DNA of 64,000 bases from a virus (taxonomy: Duplodnaviria; Caudoviricetes): IMG/VR virus record IMGVR_UViG_3300009285_001653, positions 43-64,042 of that record. The stretch is one strand, 5' to 3'. The position numbers were made by a program, and so were the translations under genes. Below, in pieces: positions 35,636 to 44,479 of this stretch. The notes under the pieces were generated by a model. That model saw nothing but the letters and a program-made list of their open reading frames with translations. It was not told where the DNA came from and searched no databases. The first letter of the stretch is position 1; each line of letters opens with the position of its first letter.

Positions 35636-37401
35636 TATAGCCACTCTGTCACAATACATTCTCCGCGGACGCCAGTGCCGCCAGCACCACCAACAGTCGT
35701 ACCACCGCCGCCGCCACCACCTCCGCCTCCAGGGGTGCCGCCATCGCCTCCAGTTCCCCCAGTACCTCCGCTATTAGCACCACCACCACCACCACCATCC
35801 CCGGATTTCCCGGTTCCTGTGCGAGATGTCCCTGCTGTTCCAGCGCCACCGCCTACTGCCCCTGCTGCTCCACCACCACCAACTGAGGTGCTATTAAAAG
35901 CTCCACCAGCAGCAGCAGCGTGTTGTGTATTGCCTACACTAACCCCACCACCAGCGCCACCACCACCAGCACCGTGCAGAGAACTGCCCCCCGGAAAAGA
36001 ATCCCCACTTGGTGCGCTGTCATTTCGTCCACCACCACCTCCACCTAGCACAGAGTTGCCGGCAGCAATATCACTAGCGTTTCCACCACTGCCTCCCCCA
36101 AAAGTCTCATTATTTCCTGTGATGAACTGTGGCACGCCACCTGTTGATCCGCTTCCTGCTCCTGCAAGACCGCCTCCACCACCAGCATTAAGAGAATCGC
36201 TTCCTTCTGCCCCTGCTGCACCATGCGCCGTCAAGTGGCTACCAAATGTGGTATTACCTCCGCTGGTAGCAGTACCACTATGGGCCGATGATCCCCCTGC
36301 ACTTCCTGCGCCACCACTACCAATAGTAACTAACTCGGTAGCCCCAAGAACACTGGGATCATAGAACTTCTCAGCATAAGCCCCAGCACCCCCGCCGTTA
36401 CCGCCTTGCCTGGCTGTATCTGCCGCTCCACCACGCCCACCACTCCCACCTCCCCCCGCTCCCCATAGTTCGACCTGTACCATTTTAGTGCCCGCGTTCT
36501 TTGTCCAAGTGCCAGACGATGTAAAGACTGTTACTACAGACGGTGTTGGCATCCCGTGAACATGGTTGAGGTCCGCACCAGTTGTGCTGCCTCCTCCTGC
36601 TGCGGCATCACCAAAGGATTGCGTAGTCGGTGTGCCACCTACAGCCCTATCCGTGAGGTTCTGGCCCTCCGCGGCTCCGAAGTCGGCAGCATTGTTACCA
36701 GCTAGGTCCTGAATTGGCGTTGCACCTGCCGTGTATGCCACGGTAAAGGTGTCGGAGGAAATAAGCGCCGTACTGATAGTGAACCTTACAATATGCCCTT
36801 CCACCACAGGGCTGCTTTCTGTCACTGCGCCGCTGTTCACCAGCACCGCAAAGGCTGTGATCGTGGGTGAGTTCTCGGTAAGTTGTTCGTCGTAGTCGAG
36901 AACAATCTGTGTGCCAGAACCATATATCTTAGAGAGCCGGGGGGCCTGGGTGTCGGGAACCACCACAGGATCGGTGAAGTTCTCCACGCTCTGAGCTACC
37001 AGGTTTGCTGCGTCATTCCCCGCGATGTCCTGTATTGGGCTGGCCCCCGCTGTGTAGGAGACCGTTACTACCTGTCCTTCCGTCGCAGCGGTCGTCAGCG
37101 TGAGCTTAACCGCGCTGCCATTGACAGCCACGACTGTCACTACATCCGCGCCGCCTGCCACGACCACCGCAAAGTCCCCCACCGCTGGAACGCTCCCCGT
37201 GTCCAGCGCCTCATCGTAGAGCAGCCAAAGTGAGCTTCCGTCCACAAAAGCTAAAAAGAGACGTGGGACTGTAGTATCTACTCCAGCTTCCCAATACCCA
37301 CCAGTGTTCCAAACCAGCTTATAGTTAGCACTAGAAGGTATGGTACTGCCTTTGACATATCTTCCAGCGATCTTAAACTTGTACATGCTGGAACCTGGCA
37401 T
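35635..37401 (-). CDS. Tail fibre with two SwmB-like repeats and a glycine-rich domain
   Basis: Two copies of YDE.L...VxYTAG..PIQDxAGN; FTSSGTW...WGAGGGG Gly-rich C-terminus. Confidence 0.8.
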   Translation of the reverse strand: MPGSSMYKFKIAGRYVKGSTIPSSANYKLVWNTGGYWEAGVDTTVPRLFLAFVDGSSLWLLYDEALDTGSVPAVGDFAVVVAGGADVVTVVAVNGSAVKLTLTTAATEGQVVTVSYTAGASPIQDIAGNDAANLVAQSVENFTDPVVVPDTQAPRLSKIYGSGTQIVLDYDEQLTENSPTITAFAVLVNSGAVTESSPVVEGHIVRFTISTALISSDTFTVAYTAGATPIQDLAGNNAADFGAAEGQNLTDRAVGGTPTTQSFGDAAAGGGSTTGADLNHVHGMPTPSVVTVFTSSGTWTKNAGTKMVQVELWGAGGGGSGGRGGAADTARQGGNGGGAGAYAEKFYDPSVLGATELVTIGSGGAGSAGGSSAHSGTATSGGNTTFGSHLTAHGAAGAEGSDSLNAGGGGGLAGAGSGSTGGVPQFITGNNETFGGGSGGNASDIAAGNSVLGGGGGGRNDSAPSGDSFPGGSSLHGAGGGGAGGGVSVGNTQHAAAAGGAFNSTSVGGGGAAGAVGGGAGTAGTSRTGTGKSGDGGGGGGANSGGTGGTGGDGGTPGGGGGGGGGGTTVGGAGGTGVRGECIVTEWL

Positions 37402-39287
37402 TAGTTATTGCTCCTAATCTCTGCCAGATAGAACGCGTATGTGCCATGTTCGTCAGAGCCAGCCATCTCTACGCCTTGCGGCCTCTGAGGCTTAACTAGG
37501 TAAGAACGCCTCTGACCAGTATCATCTAAATAAGCAAATGTACCCATCGTATCAGTCTTCATCATTGTCCAAAGATTTTCTAACTGTTCACCGGCGCTCT
37601 TGTTAAAAAACATCCCGCTACAGATAATCTGCACAGTAAAGCCGCGGAGAACTTCCGGCAGTCTCATGTAATCAAAAGAGAATGATTCGAGTTTTGGAGC
37701 GTTAGTGGTGGTAGAACCACGAGCGAAAGCTAGGCGAAACTGAATAGACTTGAAGCTCATCCCGACATTGTTTGTGCCAAACCATATAGTAGTTTCTCCG
37801 TTAGCTGCAATGGCCGAACCTAGTGTAGTAAAAGAACCTGTACTAAAATCGGTGCGATAAGAGACGGTGATAGTCTCATTAGCACTCATTCCTAAACATT
37901 TTACCCTTACCCTTAAAGCTAGCTTATCCCTACTCTCCTCAAAGTTATCAAACCACGGCAGATCTACTTGTGCGCTTGCTGCATAGTTCACGGTGGCGAA
38001 TTGAGACGGATCACGCTCTAAATCTAGCAACTCTATCCATCGTACAATATGGCCGTCTGCACTATTGTTATCGTGGTAGTAAAGCCTATGCCCCACGCTA
38101 CTGGCGATGATCGCGGCTACGAGGGGCTGGGTGCTGTTGTCTGCCGTGTTGATGGAGAGAGGGTGCCACACGGGTACATCGTCATCATCATTGTAGACAA
38201 AAACACACCAGTTAATCCCTGAGATAGTAGAACTATCGCCAATAAGCACATAGAGATGGTGGTTATCAGCTACTATAGATGTAATCTCGCCAGCATAGGC
38301 AGACGGAAGGAAGTTGATGCCGGGAGTAACATTTTCCACCGTATAGGCGGTATTACTCATCCTTGTCTTATAGAGCTGATGATCTGATCCCTTGACAAAC
38401 AAAGCATCTCTACCATCAATACCCATACCACGTCCAGTAACAACTCTGTCAAACTCCGGGAATTGAAAGCGTGATTGAAACCACTTATCATTAATAGGAT
38501 CATAAATCCAAGGGCCGAACGCTGTTAATGCCCAGATAGTAGGATCTCCCGCAGAATCGTCATAAACTACCAGGTCTATATCTGTAGTATTAGGGACAGG
38601 AAGATTTGCTAAACCAGTCCAGCTTGCTGCGTTACCTGTAGTGCTACTCCATAATCTTCCAGCAGTATCAATAGCGTAGAGCGTTTCGTCCCATACAGCA
38701 AAGGAATGAGCGGCAGGATCAGAAGCTCCTGCGGCCACATCTGTAGCAACTCCACCAGCCGTAGCTAGATAACTATAGCCAGAACTATCAAGCGCGAAAA
38801 AGATACGTGCATTAAACCAAATGTCATCTACAGGGGTCGCTGGCAATGTGTCTGTGCTTGCACTCCAGGTTGTAGGCGGCGTAAGATTATAGAGATCAGG
38901 GCCAAAAGCAACTATGATAGTACCACTCAACGCAGTAATCGCATTTACTGTAGCAGTCTCGCCTGAAGGCTTACTAGAGCTGTTGGCTAATAGACTGGGA
39001 GTGATTGAATGAGCGAATCGTGGGGCGAAGTTTATACCTGTAGCATAGCGGTTTAGGTCCTTTAAGTCTCTGTACCTAAACAACCCCATACCACCACGTA
39101 GATCATTAACTGTTATAGTAGAGATGAGGGGACTATCACCAGCAGGTACACCAGGAGAGAGACTCATCTTCTCTGGTGATACAGTAGCCATGTCAACGCG
39201 TACCGGGCCTGCTATCTGATAGTAGTTCCCGTAGAGCAGGATAGTATCGCGGCTCTCTATTTCAGGCGCGGAAACAAAATCAGCCAT
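37401..39287 (-). CDS. Tail nozzle / tubular protein B-like
   Basis: Beta-rich 628 aa protein following the adaptor. Confidence 0.6.
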   Translation of the reverse strand: MADFVSAPEIESRDTILLYGNYYQIAGPVRVDMATVSPEKMSLSPGVPAGDSPLISTITVNDLRGGMGLFRYRDLKDLNRYATGINFAPRFAHSITPSLLANSSSKPSGETATVNAITALSGTIIVAFGPDLYNLTPPTTWSASTDTLPATPVDDIWFNARIFFALDSSGYSYLATAGGVATDVAAGASDPAAHSFAVWDETLYAIDTAGRLWSSTTGNAASWTGLANLPVPNTTDIDLVVYDDSAGDPTIWALTAFGPWIYDPINDKWFQSRFQFPEFDRVVTGRGMGIDGRDALFVKGSDHQLYKTRMSNTAYTVENVTPGINFLPSAYAGEITSIVADNHHLYVLIGDSSTISGINWCVFVYNDDDDVPVWHPLSINTADNSTQPLVAAIIASSVGHRLYYHDNNSADGHIVRWIELLDLERDPSQFATVNYAASAQVDLPWFDNFEESRDKLALRVRVKCLGMSANETITVSYRTDFSTGSFTTLGSAIAANGETTIWFGTNNVGMSFKSIQFRLAFARGSTTTNAPKLESFSFDYMRLPEVLRGFTVQIICSGMFFNKSAGEQLENLWTMMKTDTMGTFAYLDDTGQRRSYLVKPQRPQGVEMAGSDEHGTYAFYLAEIRSNN

Positions 39288-39296
39288 ACTCTCCTC

Positions 39297-40640
39297 CTAA
39301 GCAAAGACTTGAATAGCATTTGGAGGAAGATGACGGATGGGGCGCGGAGTGGACTTCATAACATGCTGTGCCCAAGCACTAGCCTGTGCTGCGCTATCCC
39401 TACTACCACGGCGACCTGACGCGTTCGCTAATAGCTCTTGTATAGCATAAGCAACCACATATTCCGAGCGTACAGGGATGTTATCGGTTTCGGCAGAAGG
39501 TTCAGCTATAGCCGCCCCACCACGAATACGGATAGGAGTACCTTCACGCGGTAGGTGTGGTAGATAGATAAAGTCGGAGCCAACCCTTTTATACTCCCAG
39601 CCGCTCTTATGCCGTAACGGTATCCATAACGTAGAAGCGGCAAATATAGCAAAGCCGATGTCAGAGCCGCTCACAGCAGTCCAGGTAGAATTATCAAAGG
39701 TAGATAAGGTGCCGTCGCCGTAGACATTACCAGTGTCCTCAGCAAGACGATAGTAGTTTACTGAGTCAGCCGCGCCAGTCCTGTCTACAACTAGATGGTA
39801 TGTCGTGTTAGCAGCTAAATATACGGGGGGGTCAAAGCGGAAGACTACATAGCGTAGGCGCTCGTCGAGTGTACTACCAGTAACCGTACCAGAGGTCCCA
39901 TCGGTAAGCACTGTGCCGCTTGGTACACCACTAGAGTTTGTCTGTATAGCTACTGTTAGGTTATCTGTGGGACTAGCAACTTTGTTCATCGCCACACTTA
40001 CCCACTCGTACATACCGGCCTCGTAGACCTTAAACCCCTGAGCTAATGAGGTACGGGCTGTAGCATCTCCCAACGCCCTATGCGTATCCATATAGGCAAC
40101 TGGGTGGAAGGTTCGTGGCGGAGACGCTAGATAATCTACGCCGAAGATATAGTTGAAACCAGACGGCATGGGGTACTCGAAGCGCGGCCAGCCAGGAGCG
40201 CCTTGTGGGTCAGCGTGTTTCTCTACGCCGAAGTAGACGTTATAGGTATCTGTGTAATAGGCATCTGCTAAAGAATCTACAGCGTTCTTTATGGCGTTGT
40301 CATACTGTTCCTTCTCCCAACCTATACCGCCGATGTCGTGTATTTCATAGGTAGTGGTGGTATCGGGAGCTGTCCAAGTGGAGACAGTTAAAGTGACTGT
40401 ACCACCAGTCTTAGCATGGGTAGTAATTCGACGTGTTTGGCCGCTACCAGTATTTTCTATGGTGCTAAGTTCTGCGCCGAGGAGGTACTGTGGAGTAGTG
40501 GGGAAGCGATCAATATCACCAGTGTCGGTAAGCGTAGATGCACTACCCCCACTAGCTGTACCATAGATATTATCACCAAGCGTAGCAGCGGTACGCCGTC
40601 TGACTACTTGGAATGTGTTTGCGATTGTTGGAGCTGCCAT
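39297..40640 (-). CDS. Head-tail adaptor-like virion protein with an inserted beta-sandwich
   Basis: Position; internal LAQGF...LTVAIQT..SGVPS domain. Confidence 0.55.
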   Translation of the reverse strand: MAAPTIANTFQVVRRRTAATLGDNIYGTASGGSASTLTDTGDIDRFPTTPQYLLGAELSTIENTGSGQTRRITTHAKTGGTVTLTVSTWTAPDTTTTYEIHDIGGIGWEKEQYDNAIKNAVDSLADAYYTDTYNVYFGVEKHADPQGAPGWPRFEYPMPSGFNYIFGVDYLASPPRTFHPVAYMDTHRALGDATARTSLAQGFKVYEAGMYEWVSVAMNKVASPTDNLTVAIQTNSSGVPSGTVLTDGTSGTVTGSTLDERLRYVVFRFDPPVYLAANTTYHLVVDRTGAADSVNYYRLAEDTGNVYGDGTLSTFDNSTWTAVSGSDIGFAIFAASTLWIPLRHKSGWEYKRVGSDFIYLPHLPREGTPIRIRGGAAIAEPSAETDNIPVRSEYVVAYAIQELLANASGRRGSRDSAAQASAWAQHVMKSTPRPIRHLPPNAIQVFA

Positions 40641-40722
40641 GAATTACTCCTATAATGAAAAAGCTGGGCAGCCTACCCCTGGAGGAGGAACAGAGGTTAC
40701 TTACCCAGCCAAGATAATAGGA

Positions 40723-41004
40723 CTACGCTCCTTCTGTAGGCTGCGCGAGCTCAGGCACACCTTCCTCCGCATTTTCATCTACCGTAATCACGCCCGTATC
40801 AAGCTTCACACCCACCACCTTACCTTCAATACCCATAGCATCAAAGGTTAATTGGAGAGCGGCGTCGAACTGCTGGTTTATTGACTCCCTCTGCTGGAAC
40901 GCTGCAAAGAGCTTCTCGCGTGCCTTCTCAGGCATCTGTACTTCCATGGTTCCTCCTGTTGGTTCTACCAAATGTAATCTCCGTCGTTGTGTGTTCTTAC
41001 CCAT
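40723..41004 (-). CDS. Hypothetical protein
   Basis: GGAGG RBS and an upstream TGGTATAAT. Confidence 0.6.
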   Translation of the reverse strand: MGKNTQRRRLHLVEPTGGTMEVQMPEKAREKLFAAFQQRESINQQFDAALQLTFDAMGIEGKVVGVKLDTGVITVDENAEEGVPELAQPTEGA

Positions 41005-41082
41005 TTCATCCTCCTACTTCTATTATACCATATGTAGTGTTGAGGTGCGATTGCGGCTCACACCTCAGGGCCATCTATTCTG

Positions 41083-41184
41083 TTACTTACTGACTACTTT
41101 CTTGCCGGTTTTCTTAGCTTCTTTCTTAGCAGCTTTTCGACCAGTTTTATCGTAGCTAAAGTGCTTCTGACCTACTTTCGGCGT
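41083..41184 (-). CDS. Small basic protein (33 aa) with an ACG start codon
   Basis: Reads (T/M)PKVGQKHFSYDKTGRKAAKKEAKKTGKKVVSK; AGGAG RBS; TAACG overlap with the upstream stop. Confidence 0.5.
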   Translation of the reverse strand, partial: TPKVGQKHFSYDKTGRKAAKKEAKKTGKKVVSK

Positions 41185-42953
41185 TACTTACTCCTTGCTA
41201 GCTCGGACTTCAATCCAGCTATCTCCACCGCCTGAGCTTCCAGATCCTCATAGAGAGCCTGGATAGCAGCCCTGGCATAACCCAAAGCGTTAATGTTGCT
41301 GAAAGCAATACCAGACCTGCGCCCCTCCCTCTTACCATGCATAGCCCAGGGTGCTTCCTCTGCAAACACACCCGTCATACGATCGGGCGGTGCCCATATA
41401 CCAGGAGGCATAACCTCTGGCTTATAGGTGAAGATGTGGGTCGGAGACTCCACAACTGCCCTCAACGCTTCGTGTGGGTCAAGTATACCGAGGTCATTCT
41501 TCCACTCTCCTAGAGAAGCTGCTGCCCAAGAGGTGACACCATCGCCAGCAGCATCAGTAAGCTGGAATCCGCCTGTGCCCGCCACACCAGTGGGTAGGGT
41601 CATCGTCCAAGCGCCAGCCGCAGCCGCAACCGTGAGGTTGACAGTCCCGGAGGTAGTTCCGTCTATGCCTATAATGCCCGTGGTGGTGCCACTGACTCCA
41701 ACGTCAATCCGAGTGTTGCCCTGGATACTGCCCGTAAAGGTCGCAAGGCCAGCGTTGCTGATAGTCAGACGGGTTGTTATACTCTGTGTTCCGTCAGCAG
41801 CAGTTCCGAACAATAGCGCCCCGCCAATTTGGTTTGCGGCCATTGTGCCACTAGCAGTAGCCCAGATTGCTGCCGCGTCTGATTGCATGTCAGTGCCATC
41901 ATCTGCAGTCCACAAAACGCGTCCTATTTCATCACCGTTCTGCACAATTCCTGCGGTTCCGACTGAGCCTCCACGGGATTTGCCGAATATGAATCTTGGT
42001 ATAGATGTATCATCTGACCAATGGCTTAATCCAATGGCAACAGCATTATTGCTAATTCCATGACCTGATATGGCAGGAGAGATAACACTCTGTCCCATAG
42101 CAACGGAGTTGTTCTGAGTCATCCTGAGACCGCCTGAAGCTACTACAAGCCCTGATGCTACCGTCACCAACTGAGCCGCACTTATGGTTAGGGCTGTAGT
42201 CAGAACTGAGGGGGCTGCATCGGTAGCCGTCTGGAAGGTGATTACACCAGGGCCACGAGTAGTAGCAATAGTACCCGTCATCTCAAACAGGATGCGGGCC
42301 GCCTGCACGTACTCACCTGCCGCTACAGCACCGTAAGCGTCAATGCTGAATAGATCATCACCAGTGGTTACAACGGTGGGGGCAGCAATAGTGCCACGAG
42401 CTTTATAAACCCTGACTCGTGGGCCGGTGGTCACAGCACCAACACCAAACACGGCAATGGTCGGGTCAACTACGCCGTTGAACAGTCCTAGGTCAACGCT
42501 CTCAATACTCTGGCCGATAGCTAGAACAGGTACATCTACAGCACCACCAGCAGGCATCTGCAAGAGCAATTCGTTGGCGTTGGCATCAGTAGTATCCCAG
42601 GAAAAGCGGGCCGTATTACCTGTACCAATACCTAACAATACGTCATCGTTATAAGTAAGAGCAGTACCAGTGAACGTTATACCGGATGTCGTAAGCTGTA
42701 TCTGGCTCACACCTCGGATTAGAAGATCCACCGTGCTTGCTGAGACATCAGCGAACAAAAACGCTTCAGAGTTCCCACCCCTATTACCAGCTATCAGAAT
42801 ATCGCCTGATGCTGTCTTATTGCTGAAAATCAGCGAATCGGCTGCAAGAGCCGGAACAACGGGAGTACCGACAAGCGCACCAGCTACAGCTGTATTAGCA
42901 TTTGTAGCCGATACCTTTCTTAGCAACCCATACTTTGCGAATAAACCTTTCAT
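41184..42953 (-). CDS. Tail fibre/spike with a C-terminal intramolecular chaperone (S74-like)
   Basis: Two K(A/S)RG...GD repeats; SLGEWKND resembles an autocleavage motif; terminal coiled coil. Confidence 0.75.
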   Translation of the reverse strand: MKGLFAKYGLLRKVSATNANTAVAGALVGTPVVPALAADSLIFSNKTASGDILIAGNRGGNSEAFLFADVSASTVDLLIRGVSQIQLTTSGITFTGTALTYNDDVLLGIGTGNTARFSWDTTDANANELLLQMPAGGAVDVPVLAIGQSIESVDLGLFNGVVDPTIAVFGVGAVTTGPRVRVYKARGTIAAPTVVTTGDDLFSIDAYGAVAAGEYVQAARILFEMTGTIATTRGPGVITFQTATDAAPSVLTTALTISAAQLVTVASGLVVASGGLRMTQNNSVAMGQSVISPAISGHGISNNAVAIGLSHWSDDTSIPRFIFGKSRGGSVGTAGIVQNGDEIGRVLWTADDGTDMQSDAAAIWATASGTMAANQIGGALLFGTAADGTQSITTRLTISNAGLATFTGSIQGNTRIDVGVSGTTTGIIGIDGTTSGTVNLTVAAAAGAWTMTLPTGVAGTGGFQLTDAAGDGVTSWAAASLGEWKNDLGILDPHEALRAVVESPTHIFTYKPEVMPPGIWAPPDRMTGVFAEEAPWAMHGKREGRRSGIAFSNINALGYARAAIQALYEDLEAQAVEIAGLKSELARSK

Positions 42954-43014
42954 CGAACTCTCCTACGTGCTAGGGCACGAAACCACTAGATTGTCCTCCA
43001 CCCCAATCACGTAA

Positions 43015-43380
43015 CTATTTCTCATACCAAATATCTACTACTGCTGCATTTGTCAGCGCGTCACACTGAGCGAGCGCTACGTTGATAGTACCGTCTACTA
43101 CGAAGTGATCGTATGAGTCGGTTATAGCAGCATTAGCACTATCAACCAGCGTTGCTCTAGGTTGTGCATACAGATCAGTCACAGAACTTGTTACTACCAG
43201 GATATTGTAGCTGAACGGCTGCGAACACGCGATAGTTGTATCTGTAGTAGCAGGTGCAGACGCGTGGAAGTTTATGGCAACAGCTAATATCCTGCCTCTT
43301 ATGGCCTTACTATTCGCGTTGCCAGTAGCAGCGCCAGCCGTACCTGTAGTAGTAACACTAACCCTTTCCTTATAGATCAT
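43015..43380 (-). CDS. Virion structural protein
   Basis: T/A-rich beta protein in the late operon. Confidence 0.6.
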   Translation of the reverse strand: MIYKERVSVTTTGTAGAATGNANSKAIRGRILAVAINFHASAPATTDTTIACSQPFSYNILVVTSSVTDLYAQPRATLVDSANAAITDSYDHFVVDGTINVALAQCDALTNAAVVDIWYEK

Positions 43381-44076
43381 CTATACTACCTTTCTCGGTC
43401 TACCACGACCACGCTTTACCGCGTCTGGGTTAAAGGTTGATACTACTTGTGGCTCCACCTGTTCCTGGGCCCCTTGTATACGAGTGAACAGCGGGTCTTT
43501 TGTGAACGCTGCTATTCTACCGTGCCTCACTCGGATGTGCTCGGCCAACTTAAACGTCACATCATTGATAGATGCAGATAAATTGTCTTGCATACCAGGA
43601 TATTGCTCCCTTAACAACCTCAGAGTCTCTTCGTCTAACTGTGCCTTAGCCGCATTAGCACTAATCTCCTGCTGTGTGGATGGGCGGAACTTCTTAAAGC
43701 AGTACCGACAGACGTTAGTGTTTGCTGGCAACTTCACAGGAGGGTTAGTAAACCATTGCACCTCGCCCTTCGCTCCACGCTTATTCAATAGCCTCTGTCT
43801 CTGAGAAATTGCAATCTCCCGCTCCTGTCCATCAGCACGATATAACTTTGTCTTAGTCAACCGCCGTCGTACAATCATTGGCCCCGACTGTGTAAGTACC
43901 ACCTCTGGTTCTGTTACCATGCTAATAGGTGTACTGTCAAAGTTTACAGGTACTTGCTGTATCATAGGTTGTCGCGTACTATTCAATTGCTGGATTTTAT
44001 CCAGCGCCTCGGCTGGGAGTGTAAACAGCTGCTCAGGCGGCTGATCTCCTTGCGAGACAAACTCTTCCTCTGCCAT
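43381..44076 (-). CDS. Protein with a split C2H2-like finger and a C-terminal AT-hook
   Basis: CRYC...HIRVRH; KRGRGRPRK. Confidence 0.6.
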   Translation of the reverse strand: MAEEEFVSQGDQPPEQLFTLPAEALDKIQQLNSTRQPMIQQVPVNFDSTPISMVTEPEVVLTQSGPMIVRRRLTKTKLYRADGQEREIAISQRQRLLNKRGAKGEVQWFTNPPVKLPANTNVCRYCFKKFRPSTQQEISANAAKAQLDEETLRLLREQYPGMQDNLSASINDVTFKLAEHIRVRHGRIAAFTKDPLFTRIQGAQEQVEPQVVSTFNPDAVKRGRGRPRKVV

Positions 44077-44077
44077 G

Positions 44078-44479
44078 TTACTTCTCCTTACTTATTGGGT
44101 TTGATTGTATATGGAACACTGTATGCCCCACAGCGTTTCTCCGTTGTTTATCAACTATGGTATGTATTGTATCCATAGGACGTGGTTTGGGGTTGCGAGG
44201 TCCGTTGGGCAAGAACGGGCGCTCTGCTCTCTTCATAGCCATCTCCTTTAGCTCTTGTCGAAAATACTGCCCTCCACCAATTACGACAATCGGCCTATCT
44301 GCGTCATTATACACGTAGAGGTCTGGCTTCGTATCCTGGAGGCGCTTATCTGCGTCCTTAGCCAATTCTGCATCCCTTTTCGCTTTCGTCGCTAGAGCCA
44401 TGTTGCGTTTAATACGCATCTCGGCCCAACGCTTCAAATCATCCATAGTACGAATAGGAACGTAAAGTTTAGTTGCCAT
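44078..44479 (-). CDS. Hypothetical basic protein
   Basis: Probable start MATKLY after AGAGG. Confidence 0.55.
   Translation of the reverse strand: MATKLYVPIRTMDDLKRWAEMRIKRNMALATKAKRDAELAKDADKRLQDTKPDLYVYNDADRPIVVIGGGQYFRQELKEMAMKRAERPFLPNGPRNPKPRPMDTIHTIVDKQRRNAVGHTVFHIQSNPISKEK

Noticed and set aside
35675-36364. 229 aa Pro-rich ORF on the + strand
   Set aside because: Antisense shadow of the Gly-rich tail fibre codons
41428-43014. Several + strand ORFs over the tail genes
   Set aside because: Antisense shadows without RBS or recognisable motifs
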